64,000 nt of DNA. Origin: the human T2T-CHM13v2.0 reference genome, Homo sapiens. The notes under the pieces were generated by a model. The model was not told where the DNA came from. It saw nothing but the letters and a program-made list of their open reading frames with translations, and did not search any database. Shown piece by piece: positions 1 to 13,000 of this stretch; the stretch's first letter is position 1; every line of letters starts with the position of its first letter. The stretch is from the NCBI RefSeq assembly GCF_009914755.1, contig NC_060944.1; one strand, written 5' to 3'. Made by a program: the position numbers and the translations under genes.

Positions 1-269
1 TAACAAGTCAGCCAGAAGGAGAATTGATCAGCAATAGAAAATCATGGAATGAGAGTACCTAGGCAGACCTTGTGTGTTCAGACTCTGCAGACCTCTGGTC
101 CATATAACACATGCGTCTCAGTTAGAGATTGAGACTTTTCATGATGTCCAAGGTTGCTACTGCCAGAATGCTGAATCTATCAGCAGCCCTTGTTCTGCAT
201 ACAATTTGGTTTTATTCATTCAGCATATATTTATTGAGCACCGATAATGAAAATCCTAGGTCTGTTCCT

Positions 270-760
270 TGCTCTCTTCATGGTGCATGACAGGAGAGCA
301 ATTCATCCAGTTTGCATGTCCCAGGTTTCTGCATTATTTGGCTTCCAGTAGGATCCAGACAACAGGAGACAACAAAAGATGAGAGAGGGAGGAGAGGAAA
401 AGCCAGGTAGTTCCCCCTTTCCATCTTTGCCTTTGTCGGCATCCCCGTCAACAGCTGTGTCTGTCTCCCCCATGACTCCACTCCCCACTGTGTGGGGAGC
501 TGTGTATCCTGCTGTGGTCCTAGCCTCCCTCATGTGACCCTGGCCCCTAGGCTCTGGTAGTACTACCCACTCCCTCTGTCCCTTAAGCCTCCAAGGGTGG
601 TACCAGCTTCTTTTGTTGTTAGTCTCAGGGCTGCCTCACTGTGCTCTGGTTGTTTCCTCAGCCTCTTCTATTGCTTGTGCAAACAAATCCTCCCATTAAC
701 TTCCATTCTGTAGGAACTCAGAGTTGTTTCTGCTTTCCCATGTGGATCCTGATTAATCAC
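270..760 (+). mobile_element. ERVL LTR (LTR33-like) inserted in a minus-strand L2 fragment
   Basis: Motifs ctggcccctaggctctggtagtac and 3' end gagttgtttctgctttcc...ggatcctgattaatcac; L2-like sequence on both sides (~212-245 and ~770-850). Confidence 0.6.
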
Positions 761-884
761 GTATCAAGCACAATGGCATGTCTGGATAAAATGGAATGCA
801 AAACCAGGAATAGCCCCTGCCCTCATGGAGTTTATAGTTTCGTAGGAAAAGCATATTTTCATAGAATAATCCTAAAATACTTAT

Positions 885-1400
885 GAGATGATTACACAAG
901 ATTGAATAATTGAAGATTATCAAAAGACTCACAAGATTTCACAGTGTGTATTTGAGTAAGGTTTTAATACAGGTGAAGGATACATTAGGACACAGAGCAC
1001 AGATGATCACAGAGGGGTCTAGGGCTTCCAGGCACAGCCCCCCAGGGTCCATTTTAATCACTCGGTACAGGACACATTTTATCTTCAGATTATATACGAT
1101 CACCGTAAGTGTGAGTCCAGGTATATAATTTATTGAGGGGTCTTTCATACCCACCAGCCATGTAGCTAAACCCAGGCTGTATACCCTGTTAGACCAGGTA
1201 CAAACTATCAGTCTATACAGTCCTAAACAATGTAGACAAGCTAATACAGGCTGCCTCCAGGGGAATTTCGAGCTTTAAATAGCACATTGCACATTATAAA
1301 GTCCTCAGTAGCACATTTCATTCTTACCTTGACCAGACTTCAAGCATCCCAGGAGACAAACAGAGGGCTACCCCAGGATAGCTGCAAGGTAACGCTACCT
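885..1400 (-). mobile_element. Degenerate LTR (MER21/MER77-like)
   Basis: aaagactcacaag...ggttttaatacaggtgaaggataca...cttccaggcacag resembles the reverse-complemented MER21 group. Confidence 0.35.
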
Positions 1401-1939
1401 TATACAACATATGAACTTATAGTGGTGCTACAGAATAGGGGAAATTTTCACTAATGAAATGGTATTTTAGCTGAACTCTAAAGAATGAGTGAGGAATTAA
1501 GTTGACCCAGAGGGAAGAGAGGAATTGAGTAGAAGCAGCAGCATTTTGCAGTGCAGACCCATTCCAGCAAGTGAAATAAAAGCAATGTGACAAGAAATAA
1601 ATAAAAAATGGTCAGGGAAAAGAGGCCAAAGCCACATCCTGGAGAGATTTGTAAGACAACCATATGGATTTGGAAAGTGATGGATTTCCATTTGATTCTG
1701 CTGATTCGTCCCTTGTCCTAGAAATTTTCTTGACTTTAGCAACACCACAGTTTCCTGGTGCTTCTCAATATCCTTTGTAGCCATGCTTTTTGCATCAGGA
1801 CTCTCAACACCAGCAGACACTAACAAGAGAATTATTAAGACTTAGAAAAAGAGAATTCTTAATACAGAATTTCAAGGGGTGGATTGAGCAAGACTGGAGG
1901 CAAAACATCTTCCCTGAAAACCATTTCTCTCTTCCTTGC

Positions 1940-2330
1940 TTGCTGACATTCTCACTGTCTGGCTCCCTTGCTCTCTCTACTTGGCTTTAGTCTGTGTGAG
2001 CTCCAACCTTAGCTAGAATGTAGCAAAGATGTCCACCAGAAGCTCCAGGGTTACATCCTAGAACTCCAAGTGAAATGAGGTACTCTTTCCCAGCTGGTCC
2101 TGTGAAAACCCTGATCGCACTCTCAATGGTCAGGCTTGAGTCAAGGGTCTTTCTCCACACCAGTCATTATACAACAGGACACAAGATTCTGATTGGCCAG
2201 ATCATTTTGTCAGCCCATGACTCAGGGAATGAGTCACTCTACCCAAAACACCAGACTGCTACTTGTATAGGTGTGGGCTCCCAAGAAAAAGTAGGGATTA
2301 TTCTTCCCCAAAAAAAGAGTTAGGGATGCT
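1940..2330 (-). mobile_element. Old MaLR LTR (MLT1K/L-like)
   Basis: gcaaagatgtccaccagaagctccaggg...tggtcaggcttgagtca...ctgattggccag. Confidence 0.5.
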
Positions 2331-2332
2331 GG

Positions 2333-2471
2333 AAAGGCAGAAAGAAAAGGGAAGGGAAGAGGAAGGGGAAAAGGAAAGAAAAAAAAGAAAGAAAGAAAGA
2401 GAAAGAAAGAGAAAGAGAAAGAAAGAGGAAAGAGAGAAAGAGAAAGAGAAGGAAAGAGAAAGAAAGAGAAG

Positions 2472-2507
<36 letters not shown>

Positions 2508-2635
2508 AAGGAAGGAAGGAAGAAAAATGAAGGGAGGAAGGAAAAAGGAGACAGGAAGGAAGAAAGAAAAAGAAGAAAAAAGAGAGGGGAAGAAAAGAAA
2601 GGAATAAAGAAAGAAGAGAAAGATGGAGAAGAAAA
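2333..2635. repeat. Polypurine (GA-rich) low-complexity tract
   Basis: ~300 bp almost purely A/G (GAAA, GAGAAA, GGAA units). Confidence 0.95.
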
Positions 2636-2669
2636 CAAACCAAAAAAGTGGCTACTACAACCTCCGCCT

Positions 2670-3715
2670 GACCATTAAATGTCGGAATTTCTCAAGACTC
2701 AGTTTCAAACCTTCATCTCACACTACGAGCTCTCCCTAGGCAAGCTCGTTTGCACTCTCTCCTTGGAATGACTCCCACATTTGTGTCTTAAGCGTAGTTA
2801 TTTCATCTAAGCCTACAGAAACATATCTAATTATACTTGACATCAGTTCTTGAATTTACAAACGCTCCTGAAACTCAACAATTCCCAAATCAAACTTTAG
2901 ACCTCTACTGCCCATCCTTAAGTCTAGTTTACTTCGAGTGTTTTCTAGTTCAGTAATGGAACCACCAACATTCTGCTATGAAAGCCAAACTCCCAGATAT
3001 CATCATGACTTGCTTCCCCAAGCACCCACCCACCCCAATTCAACTCCATTTAATCTCATAAATTCTTGTGACTCTTCCTCCTACTATCTCCACCCTTACC
3101 GCCGTAGTCTACCTTATCATCTTACCCAGAAAACTGTAAGAAATATTCTGATCTGTTCTTTTATCTCCTTCTGTCCTGCAGTCTATCTATACATTGATGC
3201 CAGACAAGTCTTTTCAAGGATGAAAAGTGATTACTTCAGTACTCTACCCACCATCTAATTAAAATACTTTCAAAATTACTGATTTTCTTAATAATATAAG
3301 AAAATGTATGTGAACATGGCCTATGATCACCTGAGCGGTCTGAGCATACTTACTCCTCCCCCAGATCAGGCCTTTAAACACTCTGCTGTAGACAGTCTGT
3401 TATTTTATTTTATGTACATGCTCCCACCTTCCATTAAGTTTTTGCATAAACTGTATCCTCCTTGTCCAGGAATTCATTCTCCCTCCTCTTCCCCAATACC
3501 TCATCTGCTTAATTTTCCATTCCTTTTTCATCTCAGAGAAATCATCTCTTTGTTAGGGCAGACTTCCTCACCTTCCTCACGAAGTTAAATTCTCTTCCTA
3601 TATACATTCATAGATCACAATGCACCTTCCTTCACGGCACTTACCGCAGTTGCAACTATATCTTCACCTGTGCAATTATTTGAATAATATTTAATTATTT
3701 GACACCATAACTGTC
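2670..3715 (+). mobile_element. L2 LINE fragment (ORF2 3' part and 3' UTR)
   Basis: ttaaatgtcggaattt...ctctccctagg...atgactcccacattt...cttgacatc...aaactcaaca match the L2 consensus. Confidence 0.75.
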
Positions 3716-5226
3716 ATGACTGAACATTCCAAAATATACCACATATTTTCTGGCCACATTGATGGGATTATAACATAATATAAACTTGAATTATTTTAAA
3801 ATTTGTGCACAACTGAAAATCACGTATGTACTTTCTCAGTGCCTCTTTATGTGGAGAGTTTATCTTATACTAATTCATCCCTGACTATTGTACTCCTGAG
3901 TTCCTGCCTCTGTTCTTTAGAATGGTTTCTATTTTTTTTCTGCTGGACTGTATTAGCCTTTCCTTTTGCCACTGGGAACATAGCTGTTTGTAGCTATCCC
4001 AGGTGTATAAGTAACCTAAATGGCTGCTTATAATTTCTGCCCACTAGGAGAGGGACTCCTTTACTCCATTAGTCTCCTGTTTGAATCTTAACTCTGCCCC
4101 AGGCTTCAGGATACATAAACACTGCCAATCATTCTTAAGAAGTGAAGGGATTGCAAATAAGCAAAGAAAAAGTATTTTTAAACATTCTTTCCAAATGACC
4201 TTGCAAGAGTTTTTTCCATTTTTAGAGGGAATAGTGGGAGTCAGAATTGGCAGAATAAAAGCAGCGTATTCCTAGACCATATATCAGCAGATAAATGTGT
4301 TCTGCAGCATTAAAATTACCCTTGTGGTGCTCATTCCTGGATGTACCATGTGTTCTGTGATGTAAATCAGTACATAGCCTTATATTTTCCTCTGTGTCAT
4401 GGACCCACAGAATTGCAGTAGCATGAACTGGTTGGCAACAAAATTCTTTCCAGTGCTTCATAAAGCCTTTGGCTTTTCTTCATTTGATATGTGTGAGTAG
4501 GAATGCACAAAAAACAAGAACAGATGATATTATTTAAACCGTTTGGTAAGAAATGTCTGACAGGAAAAAAGAAAACATATGTATCGATTCAAGTGCAGTA
4601 ATTGGCTTGGCGGTTTTCTATATTATCCTTTCTACTTGTAAAAATCATCTCCAATGCAGCAAAATGTTCTTAAATCCTTTATACTTCATTCTAAAAATCA
4701 ATAGTCCAAAGATGTTAAGTCTTTTTGGGCTTTTGGAAAACAAAACAAAAACCAGAAAAGAGAGGATAAATGTTTTCATTTTTATCTAAATTTTTCTGGT
4801 TGTTTCTGGTTTTTCCATCTCCACTTCATTATTACTAACATGGAATTATTGATAAAGCTTAAAAGAAGAGAAACACAAATTCAGACTTTAGGAACTCACT
4901 TGAAATCCTTACTTAAAGACTAAAAGTCATTCATTTATTCATTTCATTCAATAAATACTAAGGATCTACTATTTTCCAGTTGGCCTCTTTGGCACTGGTG
5001 TATAATGCTACACGCAGCACTCACTGCTCCCTTGGTTCCTGCCACCATAATAGGGAGATAGCAATTAAATAAACACAGCTATATTATTATAAATTGGGAT
5101 GCATGTTACCATGGAAAAGTACTGGGTGGAGTTTTAGTTTGAGAGTCAGGGAGTGCCTCTCTGAAGAAATGTCTACTATGAGACCTAAAAAATGAGTAGA
5201 AGTTGTCAGATTAAGGGGAGGAAAGG

Positions 5227-5558
5227 TGTTTTAGCCTGTTTTCTGCTACTATAACAGAATACCACAAACTGTGTAATTTATAAACAATAGACATTTATTT
5301 GGTTCATAGTTCTGGAGACTGGGAAGTCCAAGGTCAAGGGGCTGCATCTGGTGAGAGCCTTCTTGTTGCACCATAACATGGTGGAAGGGCAAACAAGCAA
5401 GTGAGACAGAGAGAAAAAGTAGGCCAAACTCCCAAGATAACTAGCCTACTGCCAAGATAACAGCATTAACCCATTCATAAGGACAGAGCCCTCATGACTA
5501 ACCTCTTAAAAGCCCCACTGCCTGATAGAACTATATTGACAGTTAAATTTCAATATGA
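5227..5558 (-). mobile_element. MaLR LTR (MSTD/MLT1A-like); last ~35 bp displaced to ~6299-6337 by the L1
   Basis: tgttttagcctgttttctgctactataacagaataccacaaact...ctgggaagtccaaggtcaagggg. Confidence 0.8.
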
Positions 5559-6298
5559 ACTATGGAGAACAGTTTGGAGGTTCCTCAAGAAACTAAAAAA
5601 ATAGCTACCATATGATCTAGCAAGCCCACTGCTGGGTATATACCCAAAGTAAAGGAAATCAATATATTGAAGGGATATCTGCACTTCCATGTTTGTTGCA
5701 GCTCTGTTCACAATAGCCAAGATTCAGAAGCAACCTAAGTGTCCATCAAGAGATGAATGGATAAAGAAAATGTGGTACTTATACACAATGGAGTACTATT
5801 CAGCCATAAAAAAGAATGAGACCCTGTCATTTGCAGCAACATGGGTGGAACTGGAGGTCATTATATTAAGAGAAATAAGCCAGGCAAGAAAAGACAAACA
5901 TTGCATGTTGTCACCTATTTGTACGATCTAAAAATCAAAACAATGGAACCCAAGGAGATAGAGAGTAGAAGGATGGTTGCCAGAGGCTGGGAAGGGTAGT
6001 GGGGAAATGGGAGACAGGGTAGAAAAGGTTAATGAGTACGAACAATAATTAGAATGAATGAATAAGGCCTGGTATTTGATAGCACAATAGGGTGACTGTA
6101 GTCAATAGTAATTTAATTGTAAATTTAAAAATAACTGTAATTGGATTGTTTATACCAGAAAAGACAGACGCTTGGGGTGATGGATAGCCCATTTTCCATG
6201 ATGTGATTACACATTGCATACCTGTATCTAAACATCTCATGTACCCCATGATGCAACTACCATATATCCACAAAAATTAAATATAAAACATTATATAA
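5559..6298 (+). mobile_element. 5'-truncated L1MA (L1MA1/2-like) 3' end
   Basis: ORF2 C-terminal peptide KKMWYLYTMEYYSAIKKNE, L1MA 3' UTR, A-rich tail; degenerate TSD aaatttcaatatga/aaatttccacataa. Confidence 0.9.
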
Positions 6299-6992
6299 AA
6301 ATTTCCACATAATTTTCAAAAGGGATACTCTATAGTGGCGTGGGGAGGCAATCTACACATGAGGGGGAAATACCTGCCACAACTCTGAGGCCAGAAAGAG
6401 CCTGGCTTGGTGAAGAGCAGGAAGAAAACCAGAAAAGCTTGCACAAAGATGGTGGTAGCAAGGGGAAGCCAGCTTAGGACAAGGTTGACGAAGAGGACGG
6501 GGCCAGATATCGAGGAACTCGCAGGGAAGAGTAAGGAGTGTGGATTTCTTTCCAAGTTCAATTGGTTTTCACATTGCTGATAGCATCTCCCAAGTGATTA
6601 CAAGTCACATTGCTCTGTATCATCCATAAATTATCCTCAAGAACTCCTAGGGCCATAACAATTTTATGAAGGACTCAGCTCTGATAATAGAAAGTCAATA
6701 TTTTTAGTCTCTAGCTTTTCAAGTAGGCAGCTGGAAGTATAGCCAAAGGATTTCAGATTTCACAAATGTGAGATCAAGAGACATCTGCTAGTCTCTGTTC
6801 AATCTCTAATTTTCCTGTGTCTTTCTAAGTGACACAGAATTAGTAGGCTTAGAATTTGCTGTAAAAACTTGTTAAATCCATGCTTTGTTCTTTAACAGCA
6901 TCTTAGCTCTTCTGCTTACTAGCTTTGTGACTTGGCAAGTTGTTTGACCTCTCAGATTCTGTTTTCTCATGTATAAAATAGGGACACACTAC

Positions 6993-7322
6993 AGTAGTGA
7001 TTAGCACTATTCACCAAATATTTCCTGCTCTCTCCACTTTGGACACACGGTAGGATTATACTCTCTGCCCCATTCCCTTGTAGTTAGGTGGTGTCAGGTG
7101 ACTAGTTCTGACGAATGAGCTATGCATGGAAGTGAGGTTTGCCATTTCCAGGCTGGAGCTTTTGATTGCAAGTGTGAGGCTCTCTGAGCAATCCTCCCCT
7201 CTGCTGCCGGCCGCTCTGTCAGCCTAGGAAATATGGAGTAGGATGCAGAGTTGCCCATCAATGGACATGGTGGGTTATAAGCAACTGGGACTTTAGGTTA
7301 TTGACCAGCCTCACTAACAGAC
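6993..7322 (+). mobile_element. MaLR LTR (MLT1I/J-like)
   Basis: ttcaccaaatatttcctgctctc...gttaggtggtgtcaggtgactagttctg...gaagtga. Confidence 0.65.
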
Positions 7323-7349
7323 TTACTTCATAGGTTTGTGATTAGAACT

Positions 7350-7784
7350 TGTATTCATCCATTCTTACACTGCTATTAAAAATACCTGAGACTGGGTAAT
7401 TTATAAACAAAAGAGGTTTAATTGGCTCACAGTTCTGCAGGCTATACAGGAAGCATAGCAACTTCTGGCTCAGGGGAGACTTCAGAAAGCTTCCAATTAT
7501 GGCAGAAGGCAAAGGGGCAGCGAGGCACTTCACGGCCAGAGTAGGAAGAAGAGAGAGGGTGGGGAGGTGCCACACACTTTTAAACAACCAGCTCTCATGA
7601 GAATTCACTCACTATACAGTATCAAGCAGCGGACGATGCTAAACCATTCACGATAACTTTGTCCCCATGATCCACTCACCTCCCACCAGGCCCCTTCTCC
7701 AACACTGGGGACATGGTGATTTGGGTGGGGACATGCATGATTTGACATGAGATTTGGGTGGGGACACAGATCCATACCATATCA
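7350..7784 (-). mobile_element. MSTB-like MaLR solo LTR
   Basis: TG...CA termini; perfect 5-bp TSD GAACT (7345-7349, 7785-7789); small internal duplication of gatttgggtggggaca. Confidence 0.9.
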
Positions 7785-9309
7785 GAACTTAATGGGATAA
7801 TAGACACTAGGCAATTGTTATACTATCTGGCACACTATGAAGTACTAAATATAGGTTTCTATATTTCAAGTAAGCATTACCGGATTTCTCTGCCCAAGCA
7901 TTTGCGTAGCTTTCAGGATTTAATTTTCAAGCCCAGAATTGAATGATTCAAGTTACCGTTAGAAATATTTACCCTGACATTTAATTATACATGCAAATTA
8001 TTGGCCATCGTTTGTAAATCATATTTTTGGTTTATGATAATAGGTGATCTGCAAGAACCTCCAAGAACTGAACATTACTGTGCTCACAAAAGTAAACTCA
8101 TAATGGCTGAAAACATATCTAATCTCCTTTTCAATAAATAATGATATGCAACTGATAGCTCTTGCCAAATGTAATTGAGATAAATCTTAACTGTTTGAAA
8201 ATATTAAAGAAGTATTTACTTTTAATTCATTACAGATGCAAAATGTTTGGGTTTAAAGGAGAAAAATCAAAAGAAAACATTCTAAAATAATATCAATTTC
8301 TTTCTCTCCTTGCCATTTTTACAAACATACTCTACCTATAAACATGCACCTGTATAAATTATGACTAAATCTATTTTTACTGCTTCACAGTAAATCTTCT
8401 GCTGAATATATGGGGCCTTAATCTCCGGTGTATTATGTACTAAAGGCTAATAGATTTGGCAGCAAAAATAGACAGTTATATTCCATTAAAAACCAACTCC
8501 ATAATTCATGACTGGACTCGGGGTCTGCTTCCAGCCCAATGGCACACCTGGCTCCCAAATCTCTAAAACAAAATTTCCAGTTTTATAATTGCCAGAGTCA
8601 TAGTTTTCTCCATTTAAAAAAACACATCAATATTTATGTTGTTTTCCATGTGCTCTCAAAATGACAGCTTAAATGATTTGACAATAAGTAAGGTTTGATT
8701 AAATTCAGTAGTCCCTTGACAGGGGTGGTTTATTTGATTATTCAAATTATTAATCATCATGCCATCTATTTAATTTTTTAATACTTAAATGAATTTTTTC
8801 TTGTAAAAGAAAATCTTGTAAACAAAATCATATCAGAGAAAGCCCTGCAAATTACAAGGAAGAAATAATCACTCATAATTCCAACCCTAGAAAAATATCA
8901 CTGTTGACCACTTGAGGACTTTACCCTAGTCCTTTTATTCTGCAAACATTTGCCATAGAGGTGCAATAGAACACAAAATAATATATGCTGCTTTTAAATA
9001 TTTGTGTATAATTATAAATGCAATCTATATAGTTCCTTATAAGGAAATATGAAAATTATTAAGTCAAAAACATAACCCAGGGAAAAAACCATCAGAGATA
9101 GTCATTATTCATATTTTAGTGCTTCCCCTAAAAGCAGCCATTACTTAGCTACTTTAGCATTCACTCAAAAGGTGTATTCTGCAGAATGGTCCTTAGCAGT
9201 GCAATTGTATTTTCCAGAGTGCCAAACATTTATTCACTTTTGAGTTCGAGCACCCACACACGTCATGCATTTGCAATATGAAGCAACAACAACGTGTTAC
9301 ACCCTGGTA

Positions 9310-9910
9310 TTATCAATGAAATTAAACCTAGCCTGTCCTCTCCAAGAGCTCCAGGTCTGAGGAGGATGTAGACTAGGAAACAATTATAATACAGAGTGAT
9401 TAATGCTAGGATTTGAGATATGCTCAGGATGCCATGGCACTGCGATGGAACACAAACCTCGTCTGATGGAGGAGAAGGTTTCAGGAAAACCAAAAGCTTC
9501 CTGGGGGCTTTGCAGTAAGGCTAGTTCTCAATGGATGCAGCCAAAGACAGAGGAATAGAGTCACAAGTGAGCATATGCAATCTAGGATCAAAGGCAATTC
9601 CATATGGTTGGAGGATAGAAAGATAGTGACAGGAGATGAGGTGGGAGAAGTTGGCCTGCAGGATTTGTATTCCATAATAAGAAGCCTGAATTTTATGCAA
9701 AATACAACAAAGCAGTTAAGCAGCAGAGTGACATATTCAGGTATGCATTTAAGAAAGAGCACTCTGGCTGCAGGAGGGGACAGATAAGACATGTGGCAAG
9801 GCTGAAGCTAAAGAGAACAGTAAACAATGGTCATCATCCAGATTAGAAATGGAGAGAGCCTAAATGAAGGCAGCAGTAATATAATGAATATTAAGAAAGT
9901 CAAGGAGGCT
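9310..9910 (-). mobile_element. L2 fragment
   Basis: aaacaattataatacagagtg...ggagatgaggtgggagaagttggc...gcatttaagaaagagcactctggctgcag. Confidence 0.75.
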
Positions 9911-12174
9911 TAGACTATTCCTATCTACATGCAGCTTGGGGATTAACCTCAGATGTTGATCATGCTTGCCAAATTATTAATAAGACAATATCTCAAGACC
10001 TGCCTTGATAATCTCCTTTCAGTCTTATGATATGAGGTTAAAAACAAGGCAAATAATATATCTTGGATTCTATCCTAAAGGGATCAATGTAAGAAACCTG
10101 GGTAAAATTCTGACACCATAATTGAAATCCAGGAACAGAGGCCTATGCTACATCACATACGGAGAGCAGATGGCTCAGAGTGATCATCTCAAGAACTTCT
10201 CGTTGGGCAACGTGACTTTTGCAAAAGAACTAGGAAAGTGTTCCTTTGGGCCATGATGATTTATCAAGGCTAGAAGTTGAAATAATAAATCTATTCTGAA
10301 CAATATACTTACTAAATCGTAGTCATTTATAGCCCTCTAATGAGACAGGTACTCAAATGGGTACACATTTGCTAGGTAAACAAATGTATTGCATGGGGAA
10401 TTAGGGATTTACAGCTAGCAGGGGACATTGAGGCTCAATATTGATGGTTTGCTTTTTCCATTTCGGTTGCTAATGTGATTTATTTGCAGTTTTCTTAATC
10501 AAGGTGACTGACACAGAAACTATCTAAATTTTTTAGCACAGCAGTTAAAACAGTCCACAATACATAATTTGGCTCCTAAATAATTTCTCCCCCAACAATT
10601 AGAACTTTCCGAAACTGCTTTAAATCGCCTTATGAGGGTATCATGAGTTTGTGGTCATTGGAAGTATTAAAAGAAAAAAGCCTGGAATATCAGTAATGAA
10701 ATGCATCAAGCAGGAATCATACATACATTAAAATACTGGTTTATAGTTTTGAGGGCGTTTTCTTTTTTTTCTGTTGCAGCTATGCGAAGATATGCTTATG
10801 TATTAATTGTTTTTCTTGCTAACACTGTATAAGCAAATTCAACTAAATTGATATAAGATTTTGCATACAAGATTAGAAAACCTGATACCTAGAATTATTT
10901 TAACACACATTTTTCAAGTTTGCTTATGACTTCACTAGGTTAGAACTTCTTAAAAAGCAATGCTTTAAACATTTTATTCATTCAACCTTTATTGAAAGCC
11001 AACATTGTGTTGCTGGATATGCAAAAATAAATCATGTATAGTGAGCTATTAAAAATTTTTATCAACTTACAAACTGAGTACAGGTACCTACTCTCACTGT
11101 AAAGCCTTAGCAAAAAAAACTGATTAAAATAATGCATAATAGTACATAAAAAATTAAAATCTTCCATTAGAGGAACAAAAATTATGAAGAATTTCTAGGA
11201 GATAGAAAATAATTATGTACAGAGAAGATAATTCAAAATACATGTTGGAGAAAATTACTCTTTCAAAAGTCAGACATGTCCAGAGAAACTGGAAGGGAGG
11301 AAGATAGAACTGATGGGAAACATGGCAGAGGGGGACACCCCCATCATGTGATGGCAAGAAATGCTGTTTCCACCTGAATGAATTCCCAAAATCTAAAAAA
11401 CAGGAAAGTGAGATCTGAGCTGTATTCATAATTCTTTAACGTTTTCAGTATTCTCTCCAGCACTGCTTACTGAACTTGTTCAGGAGTGAAGCCACGTGTC
11501 CCCTGGGAGTGTGCTGCACTGGCAAGAAGAAATGGATGACTCACAATTTTGACAGTGACTCTATAGAAAGAAAAAAAATCTGTGACTCAGGGCCTTGGGG
11601 AGAAGTCATCTCTTCAAAAACTCATCTGATTTTTTTTCATGCCATGTAATTACTCAGAGAACATTAAGAGTCTAAAAAATTTCAACACTGGTGTCTAAGA
11701 GATATGGAATTACCTTTTGCCTGAGATGCTGGAAGCAGTGGGGGCAAGTTTGTAACTAGAAAGATTTGAGCAAGTCCAGGCTCAGGTATCCAAATTGCCC
11801 TCTTTGCTGTTGGCATAGGGGATTGAGATTTTCTGGGTCTTAAATAAGGTTTTATTTTTATCTAAGGAACTATAGTTTCTATGCAAATCCGAGGGGGCTT
11901 AGAGAAACCTAGCGTGGAAAAAAGAAACTGTCAAAGCAGTGTTTGGGGAAATGAGATGGGGAAATTTCACGAATAGTGGGCATAGAGAAACTGACTAGAC
12001 AAGAGAACGTGAACATTATAATGATATCAAATGGAAAATTTGAAAGTTTATTTTGAAGGAGATGGCTAAAAACAATTTTATTCTGAATGAGAATGTGATT
12101 GCCAAGAATCAGTCTTCAAGCAATCCAGGATTTAAATTTCCTTGTTCTAGGCTCAGAATTTAAATAGGCAAAAT

Positions 12175-12278
12175 GCAGGAGTTCGAGGCTGTATGAGCTA
12201 TGATCATGCCTCTGCACTCCAGCATGGGTACAACAGCGAGACTGTATCTAAAAGAATAAAAATAAATAAAATAAAAAA
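12175..12278 (+). mobile_element. 5'-truncated AluJ/FRAM fragment
   Basis: ggagttcgaggctg...gagctatgatcatgcc...gcactccagc plus A tail; TSD taaataggcaa/taaatgggcaa. Confidence 0.85.
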
Positions 12279-12531
12279 TAAATGGGCAACAGGAAAGACT
12301 TTAAGACCACTCTCCCCTCGCTGTTCACATGGCTGGGTTCTTCCCATTATCCAGGTTTCAATTTTAAGATCACATCCTTACGTATAGTTTTCACTGAATA
12401 CTTAGCAATTTGATCAGCAATTTGATCTTATATAACACATTGAAATGCAACACGTGTGTTTCAAAGTCAAGTGATTAGAAGACTGTGGGCCCTAACTGCT
12501 GTTTATGGAAGTATGCATCCAAAGCAGATGC

Positions 12532-13000
12532 TGTCAGAGGTCCCATGTACACCCAATTCCATTAACAGTCTCTTCTGATTCTTTTTCTCACTGACAGCCT
12601 CTCAGCAAGTACTGGTGCTCTCCCTGAGGATTTTCTCTGGCTGCAGGAGCGTGTTTCAGCGTGCAGGGCAGACTGGAAGAATCTGTGAGTTGATGCCTCA
12701 GGAAGCAGCCCTCAACAGACATCAGACAGGAAATGCTGGATAAATATCCCAACTTCTCACCTCTTGGGTAGGACAACATTGAGGAATGTCCTGCAAAGTC
12801 TCCCTAGAGTCCCAAAGGGCCTGAGCCCCAGTTACCCACAGCAGCAATTCTGCACATTAGCACACTCCTTTAGTAATTTTCCTCCTTTCCTGTCTTATTT
12901 CCTCACTCCTGTCCATTGTTTCCTGGGATCACTCCCGAAGCAAATCACTTGCACTCACATCCACATCTCTACTTCTGGGGAGTCCCAAACTCACAAGACA
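12532..13000 (+). mobile_element. LTR16C-like ERVL solo LTR
   Basis: ggataaatatcccaacttctc...gagccccagttacccacagc...ttcctgggatcactccc...acttgcactc...aagaca. Confidence 0.8.

Larger units (their letters stand above)
4925..6560 (-). mobile_element. L2 fragment, interrupted by an MST LTR and an L1MA
   Basis: cattcatttattcatttcattcaataaata tail at 4925; L2-like sequence resumes at ~6340-6560. Confidence 0.6.
6900..7860 (+). mobile_element. MIR split by MLT1 and MST LTRs
   Basis: Core ctgcttactagctttgtgacttggcaagtt...ctgttttctcatgtataaaatagg at 6900-6985; continues at ~7325-7345 and 7790-7860. Confidence 0.7.

Noticed and set aside
2234-2643. 107-134 aa K/R/E-rich and F/S/L-rich ORFs
   Set aside because: They are translations of the GA-rich low-complexity tract.
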